This document shows, piece by piece, positions 58,596-64,000 of a DNA stretch of 64,000 nucleotides. The DNA comes from Planctomycetota bacterium (GTDB lineage: Bacteria; Planctomycetota; B15-G4; JADJEK01): positions 32,001 through 96,000 of the forward strand of contig JBGAIQ010000010.1 in the NCBI GenBank assembly GCA_044225365.1. Direction: 5' to 3'. Numbering within the stretch: position 1 is the stretch's first letter; each line of letters begins with the position of its first letter. The translations under genes were made by a program, and so were the position numbers. Below the pieces are notes generated by a model. That model worked only from the letters and a program-made list of their open reading frames with translations, made no database searches and was not told where the DNA came from.

Positions 58596-59471
58596 TTACC
58601 AATCCCGCGAGCCCGAAAAGCCCTTCCTCGCCTGCCGCGGCGTGATTCCGAATTCCCGCAGGAAAGTCGAGCTGAAATGGCTGTGGCTCGAGAAGCCCAG
58701 CTCGAATGCAAGACGGGTCAGATCGTCAGCCCCGGTTCGGATGCGATCGAGAGCATGGCGCAGGCGCAGTCGAGTGAGCGCGCGGTGCAGCGTCGTGCCC
58801 GCAACCTTCTTGAAGACCTTGGCGGCGTGCCAGGGCGAACAGCGAACCTCCGCCGCGATGTCGGCGAGCCGCAGCGGCTCGGTGTACCGCTCGTTCAGGA
58901 CGGCGCGCATGCGATCGACGCGCAATCGTTCGACCGCGCTGCCCTCCGACGGGAACGCGCCTTCTCGTCCGCTCCTCACCGCTTCGCGGACCAGATCGAA
59001 CACGACCTCCTCGACTTCGAGTGGATCCGACGCGGACTCCGAGGCTGCGCGTTCGAGCCGAGCGAGTACGCGATGCAGAGCGAGGTCGAAACGCGGTAGG
59101 GTCCGCGCATCCGTCCGATCGAACGTCCTGGCTCGCGAGTCGATCTCGAGCATCGCGAGCGCGGACTCGTGGAGACGGATCGTCGTTCCGGCGTTGAACT
59201 CTCCGACGGGATGTCTCACCTCGAACGATTCATCGCGCTCGAAGAAGACCGCCGTCCCCGGATCCGCGAACGCTCGCCTCCGACCGCATCGCTTCTCGAA
59301 CGCTCCGACGTGCATGAACTCGATCGCCGCGTACCCGGTGAAGCCGACCGCGTTCGCGGGATGCCGTTGCCGATGCCACCCCGTGCGAACGACCTCGATT
59401 CCATGCGCCGCGAACAGCGTCGAGGCCGTCAGGCGATCCGCGATCGGACTTCTCGGGTACGAGTACGTCAT
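58596..59471 (-). CDS. AraC-family transcriptional regulator
   Basis: 'LRLADIAAEVRCSPWH..KVFKKVAG', 'LAFELGFSSHSHFSSTFLREFGITP'; start uncertain. Confidence 0.92.
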   Translation of the reverse strand: MTYSYPRSPIADRLTASTLFAAHGIEVVRTGWHRQRHPANAVGFTGYAAIEFMHVGAFEKRCGRRRAFADPGTAVFFERDESFEVRHPVGEFNAGTTIRLHESALAMLEIDSRARTFDRTDARTLPRFDLALHRVLARLERAASESASDPLEVEEVVFDLVREAVRSGREGAFPSEGSAVERLRVDRMRAVLNERYTEPLRLADIAAEVRCSPWHAAKVFKKVAGTTLHRALTRLRLRHALDRIRTGADDLTRLAFELGFSSHSHFSSTFLREFGITPRQARKGFSGSRDW

Positions 59472-59565
59472 CGAGAGTCCACTACGACGACGCCAAGGTT
59501 TTGATAGTCGCGCGTCGGGAATCGCGGCATTCTCACCCATGGTCGAGCCAGATAGGAAGATCGCG

Positions 59566-61194
59566 ATGCACAGTTCGATTCGATTCCCTGCAGTTCTCTT
59601 TGGACTCCTCGCCCTTGCGCCGGCGGCGATCGGCGCAACCGTCGATTATGCCGGCTGGGTATACACCTCGGCCTACGGCGACTTCCCCATCCGCTTCCAC
59701 GTCGATCTCGACGGCAAGACGCCGACCCTCACGTACGACTCGCCGGCCGCGAAGGCGTTCGCCCTTCCCGTCGTGAACCTCGTGCGATCGGGCGACCTCC
59801 TGACGTTCGAACGCAACGTCGGAGACAAAGCGAATTGGATCTTCAAGGCGAGGATCGCGGGCGAGTCCTTCACCGGTGACCTCTACCTCGGCGACGTGCA
59901 CCTCGGCGATTTCGACGCGACCAGGACGCCGCTGCCGATCGAGCCGACGCGCCCCGACCGTTACACCGATTGCGCGGGCACCTTTCGCGCCGCCGATGGA
60001 TCGACGCTCCTCGTGACCACGTGGCAGTGGGGCGAACTGCGCCTCCTCGATCTCGCCGCCGGCGCCGAGCGCACGCTCTTCTGCATGGGCGAGGACCAGT
60101 TCTTCAGCGGGTCCGCGATGTACGTTCCCTCGCCCCTCGAATCGAGGATCACGTTCGTGCGCAATGCCGACGACGACGTGATCGGCCTCGATCGCGCCGA
60201 TGCGAAGACGTCGAAGCACTACGTCTTCACCCCGCCCCGCGAGGAGGACGTGACCTTCACGAGCGATGGACTCACCCTCCACGGCACGCTCACGTTTCCC
60301 GCCGGAGAACCCCCCTATCCCGCGATGGTCGTCCTCGGAGGTTCGAACTGGACGACCCGTGCGACGGTGAGCCGCGATGCCGCCCTATTCGCGTCGCTCG
60401 GCCTCGCCGTCCTCACGTACGATCAGCGCGGCTTCGGCGAAACCGGCGGCGACGAAGTGTGTTCGTTCGAGCAGACGGCCGCCGATGCGCGCGCCAGCGC
60501 GGCGATGCTCGCAGGACGTAAGGACATCGACAAGACGCGCATCGGCGTGACGGGCACGAGCCGCGGCGGCTGGACTGCTCCGCTCGCGGCGAGCAACGGT
60601 CACGGATTCGCGTTCGTCGTCATCAAGGTTCCGCCCGCCGTCTCTCCCGCGCAGCAGGAATACACTCGACGCTTGAATCTGTTCTGCTCGACGCCGCGCA
60701 GCGACGCCGACATCACGCTCGCGAAGCGATACCTCGATGCGGCGATGCTCCGGACCCAGTCCGACGCCGCATGGGAGAGCTTCTCGAAGGTCCGCGAGGA
60801 AGTGACGCAACGCGAGGGTTGGCTCGACATCCTGCTCGCCGTGGGGAATCGCGACGAACCGGACTACGCCTGGGAGAAACTCAATTTCCACTACGATCCG
60901 GTCCCGACGCTCTCGAAGGTCTCGTGCCCAGTCCTTGCTCTCTTCGGCGAGCGCGACGACAACGTGGTGCCCGCGGACAACGTGCCCATGATGAAGGCGG
61001 CTTTCGAGAAGGGCGGCAATCACGACGCGACGATCGTGATCGTGAAGGGCGCGAACCACGGTCTCGTTCCCGTCCCCGAGAAGGGCCCTCCGCTTCCGCT
61101 TCATCGCTTCACGGGGGCCTGCCCCGAGGTGTACAGCACGATGGGAGATTGGTTGCGAAAACGGGGATTTGCGGGCGCGGCGGCAAAGAAGTGA
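59566..61194 (+). CDS. secreted alpha/beta hydrolase (S9/S15-like)
   Basis: Signal peptide; 'YDQRGFGET', nucleophile elbow GTSRGG, 'FGERDDNV', 'GANH'. Confidence 0.88.
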   Translation: MHSSIRFPAVLFGLLALAPAAIGATVDYAGWVYTSAYGDFPIRFHVDLDGKTPTLTYDSPAAKAFALPVVNLVRSGDLLTFERNVGDKANWIFKARIAGESFTGDLYLGDVHLGDFDATRTPLPIEPTRPDRYTDCAGTFRAADGSTLLVTTWQWGELRLLDLAAGAERTLFCMGEDQFFSGSAMYVPSPLESRITFVRNADDDVIGLDRADAKTSKHYVFTPPREEDVTFTSDGLTLHGTLTFPAGEPPYPAMVVLGGSNWTTRATVSRDAALFASLGLAVLTYDQRGFGETGGDEVCSFEQTAADARASAAMLAGRKDIDKTRIGVTGTSRGGWTAPLAASNGHGFAFVVIKVPPAVSPAQQEYTRRLNLFCSTPRSDADITLAKRYLDAAMLRTQSDAAWESFSKVREEVTQREGWLDILLAVGNRDEPDYAWEKLNFHYDPVPTLSKVSCPVLALFGERDDNVVPADNVPMMKAAFEKGGNHDATIVIVKGANHGLVPVPEKGPPLPLHRFTGACPEVYSTMGDWLRKRGFAGAAAKK

Positions 61195-61221
61195 GCGAAG
61201 CTTCGAGCCGGAGGGCGTGAG

Positions 61222-62544
61222 CTACTTTCCGACCTTGTTCTCTCCGGGCGGTTTCTTCGGCGTCCGATCGATACCCGCCTTCGCCGCGAGCCGATTCAGC
61301 TCGGCCTCCAGCCGTTGGCTCTCACCCATCAGGCAGGTTCCGCACCACGACTCGTACGGATACTTCGACCCCGAGGCGAGCATCCAATCGTAGGCCTCGG
61401 GGAAGCGACCCGCAGACTCGTGCGCCTTGGAGATCTCCACGGCGGCGCGATGGCGATAGTTCCGATAGGGCTGCAGCAGTGTATTCGGTTCCTTGTCGTC
61501 GACGTCCGAGTCGAAGAGTCGGGTGAGGTAGACGATCGCCGGATCCGCGTGATCGAGTTCGCGCAGAACGAATCCCGTGTTGAACGCGGATCGACCCCAA
61601 TCCGGTACGTCGCGATTCCCATCGGCGACAGTTGCGAAAAGCACCGCGGCACGAACCTTGTGATTCGCGGCGAGTTCTCCGTCTGCAAGCCGAGAGAGCG
61701 CCGAGGCTCGAAGTCCGGGATCCTGCGATGCACCCGACAAGAGCGCCGTCGCCTCGATCATGTCGCGCTTGAAGCGGTAATCGCCGCTTCCATCCATGCT
61801 CGTTCCACAGACAGCAGCGATGCGTTCGACGATCTTGGCGCGAGCGCTGAGGTCGTGCGTCTTGTCGAGAAGCGTCCAGCAGAAATCGAGTCGCGCGATC
61901 GCAAGAGCATCGGCATCGCACCTGCCCAGGACGTCGAGCCAGTTCAGCCGCGAGTCGAGGTCTTCGGGCGAAGCCGCGAGCCGATCGATCGCGAGTGCGG
62001 CAAGATCCCGTTCCCGCGGATACTTCTCAGCCCGAATGACTTCTTTGACTTCGGAGTATTTCGCTGCTCGTACCAAGTTCCACGCCCTTGCGAGCGGTTC
62101 GCCACGGTCCGTGTCGGTCGATACTCCTGCGGCGATGGCGGCAGTCGCGTCGTCTCCTCCACACCACACCCACGCGCGCATGGGCATCGTGTACTCGAAC
62201 GGCCAGCTCGGGTCCGTGCGCTCGAATTCGCTTCTCATCGCCGCCCTGCGCTGCTGGACATCCTCGATCGCAAAGATCCTCTGTACCGCACGCATTGCTT
62301 CGCCGTGCACCGACTTCCACTTCGAAAGGAGCGCTTCAGCGCGTCCGACATCCTCGGCGGTGGGAGCGAGGGCGGCGCTCAGGAATTTCGAATCGTCGGG
62401 AGCGAGAACGAATCCGAGTCGGGCCGCGCGTGCCCCGGCGGACTCTTGAACCACGCGATCTACGATCGTCGCACTGGTGGTCGGTGGCATGACGACGGCA
62501 GCAAAGAGCCATGGGATGCAGTGCGCAAGAATCGAGGTCGTCAT
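61222..62544 (-). CDS. hypothetical exported helical-repeat protein
   Basis: Long ORF, signal-like N-terminus, TPR-like helices, C-terminal 'YESWCGTC'. Confidence 0.7.
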   Translation of the reverse strand: MTTSILAHCIPWLFAAVVMPPTTSATIVDRVVQESAGARAARLGFVLAPDDSKFLSAALAPTAEDVGRAEALLSKWKSVHGEAMRAVQRIFAIEDVQQRRAAMRSEFERTDPSWPFEYTMPMRAWVWCGGDDATAAIAAGVSTDTDRGEPLARAWNLVRAAKYSEVKEVIRAEKYPRERDLAALAIDRLAASPEDLDSRLNWLDVLGRCDADALAIARLDFCWTLLDKTHDLSARAKIVERIAAVCGTSMDGSGDYRFKRDMIEATALLSGASQDPGLRASALSRLADGELAANHKVRAAVLFATVADGNRDVPDWGRSAFNTGFVLRELDHADPAIVYLTRLFDSDVDDKEPNTLLQPYRNYRHRAAVEISKAHESAGRFPEAYDWMLASGSKYPYESWCGTCLMGESQRLEAELNRLAAKAGIDRTPKKPPGENKVGK

Positions 62545-62773
62545 GAGATTCACTTCCGACGAATGGCAAGGCTCTCGCACGTTTCGTTCCGCAAGTGCGC
62601 GAGCGACTCGAGCGATCGGATCGCCGCGAAACGGCGGAACTCGCGCGAAGTTCGAACGATTTCCGTAGCGGACGCTTCCGGGAACGGACGATCGTCACCC
62701 TTCGGAACTGCTGATCTCGAAGACCTCCTCGCGAGCCATCGTCATGATGCCGCACCCGCGATACGATCCGGGA

Positions 62774-64000
62774 ATGAACCGCGCCTACTTCCTCGCCTGC
62801 GTCGTCCTCGTTCCGCTCGCTCACGCCGAGCCCCCAGCGATCCCGCTGATCACGCACGATCCGTATTTCAGCGCGTGGTCGATGAGCAGCAAGCTGACCG
62901 ACGATTGGCCGCGCCATTGGTCCGGTGCGACGCTCGGAATGTCGGGGCTCCTCGTGATCGACGGCAAGCCGTTTCGCTATTGCGGGCCGGCGCCGTCGAC
63001 TGTGCCCGCGGCCGAGCAAGTGAGCGTGGAGATCGGGCTCACGGCGACGACCTACCAGTTCGTGGCGAACGGGGTCGCGCTCGGCGTCGAGTTCCGATCG
63101 CCGCTCGGAATGGCGGACGATCCCGCGCGCGCGTCCGAGAGCATCTCGTCGATCACGTATCGAGCGAAGTCGCTGGATGCCGCCGCGCACGACGTCCACG
63201 TCTATCTCGATCTGTCGGGCGAATGGTGCTCGAACTCGGAAACCGATCGCTTCGCGTGGTCGCGGCACCACGTGGCGGGGCTCGACGTCCTCTCCCTCGG
63301 CAAAGTCGAGCAGCCGGTGCTCGAGCACACCGGAGATCAGCGCAAGATCGATTGGGGACGCATCTACTTCGCCGGGCCCGACGATGGCTCCACGCGCGCG
63401 GCCGTCGGCAGCGACGTGCGATCGCGCCGACGTTTCCTTGAAACCGGGCGTGCGCTCGAGAGCGATGACTTGAACATGCCGCGCGCCGTGAACGACTCGT
63501 GGCCCGTGCTCGCGATGACCGTCGACCTCGGCAAGGTCGAGGCGACGGCGAGCCGATCGTTGTTCGTCGGCTACGACGAGCGCCGCGCGATCGAGTTGTT
63601 CGAGCGCCCGCTGCGGCCGTTCTGGCAATCCGTTCACGGCGACGATTTCGCGGCCCGTCTGAAAGCCGCGCGCGAGGATCTCGTCGACGTCGAAAAGGCG
63701 AAGAAGCGCGACGAGGCCGAACAGGCGTTCATCGCGAGTGCGGGAGAGGTCGGGGGCAAGCCCTACGCGCGACTCGTGACTCTCGCCTTCCGCCAGGTTC
63801 TCGCCGGCAACAAGATCGTCGCCGACTGGGACGGCACGCCGCTCATGTTCCCGAAGGAGAACACGAGCAACGGATGTCTCGCGACGGTCGACGTCATCTA
63901 CCCCGCCTGTCCGTTCTTCCTGTTCCACGACCCCGCGCTGCTCGAAGCGCAATTGCTGCCGCTCCTGCAGTACGCGCGGAGTTCGCGCTGGAAGTTCCCA
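62774..64000 (+). CDS. glutaminase GtaA-like (DUF4965/DUF5127-type) protein, 3' end outside the window
   Basis: Not in the ORF track (no stop). Manual translation: MNRAYFLACVVLVPLAHAEPPAIPLITHDPYFSAWS...FPKENTSNGCLATVDVIYPACPFFL. Confidence 0.8.
   Translation, partial: MNRAYFLACVVLVPLAHAEPPAIPLITHDPYFSAWSMSSKLTDDWPRHWSGATLGMSGLLVIDGKPFRYCGPAPSTVPAAEQVSVEIGLTATTYQFVANGVALGVEFRSPLGMADDPARASESISSITYRAKSLDAAAHDVHVYLDLSGEWCSNSETDRFAWSRHHVAGLDVLSLGKVEQPVLEHTGDQRKIDWGRIYFAGPDDGSTRAAVGSDVRSRRRFLETGRALESDDLNMPRAVNDSWPVLAMTVDLGKVEATASRSLFVGYDERRAIELFERPLRPFWQSVHGDDFAARLKAAREDLVDVEKAKKRDEAEQAFIASAGEVGGKPYARLVTLAFRQVLAGNKIVADWDGTPLMFPKENTSNGCLATVDVIYPACPFFLFHDPALLEAQLLPLLQYARSSRWKFP

Noticed and set aside
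58642-59565. Apparent 850-aa hydrolase with a long N-terminal extension
   Set aside because: The extension is antisense to the AraC gene; the signal peptide starts at 59566.

Overview
High-GC bacterial chromosomal segment; the gene content suggests Planctomycetota, which is an inference. Two type IV filament (T4P/T2SS-like) clusters dominate it. Cluster 1 (3695-21451, +) is a nearly complete machine: major pilin, PilM/N/O/P-like proteins, secretin, PilB/GspE, PilC/GspF and minor pilins. Two histidine kinases, a single-domain response regulator, an output-less GAF protein and a STAS protein are translationally coupled inside it. Cluster 2 (27642-46224, -) has no motor or secretin. It carries five prepilins, a PilM-PilN fusion, PilO, TPR proteins and a double-FHA protein. 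One prepilin is a ~1800-aa PilX/GspK-like protein with a repeated module and an apparently split LamG domain. Beside cluster 2 are a membrane-locked GspG-like protein and an FHA-GAF-AAA+ activator lacking GAFTGA and the arginine fingers. Housekeeping genes: ndk, rqcH-like, rnpA, yidD, scpB, two SurA/parvulin-like chaperones, ygfZ-like, methylmalonyl-CoA mutase large subunit, RluA-family synthase, valS. A GGAC/GGAG-headed REP-like hairpin family occurs at three intergenic sites: a BIME-like mosaic (23249-23534), a ~350-380 bp structured tandem array (49128-50420) and an inverted doublet with compensatory substitutions (57587-57673). No rRNA, tRNA, CRISPR array or transposase was seen. All product calls come from motif recognition by eye, and many start codons were re-assigned relative to the ORF track.
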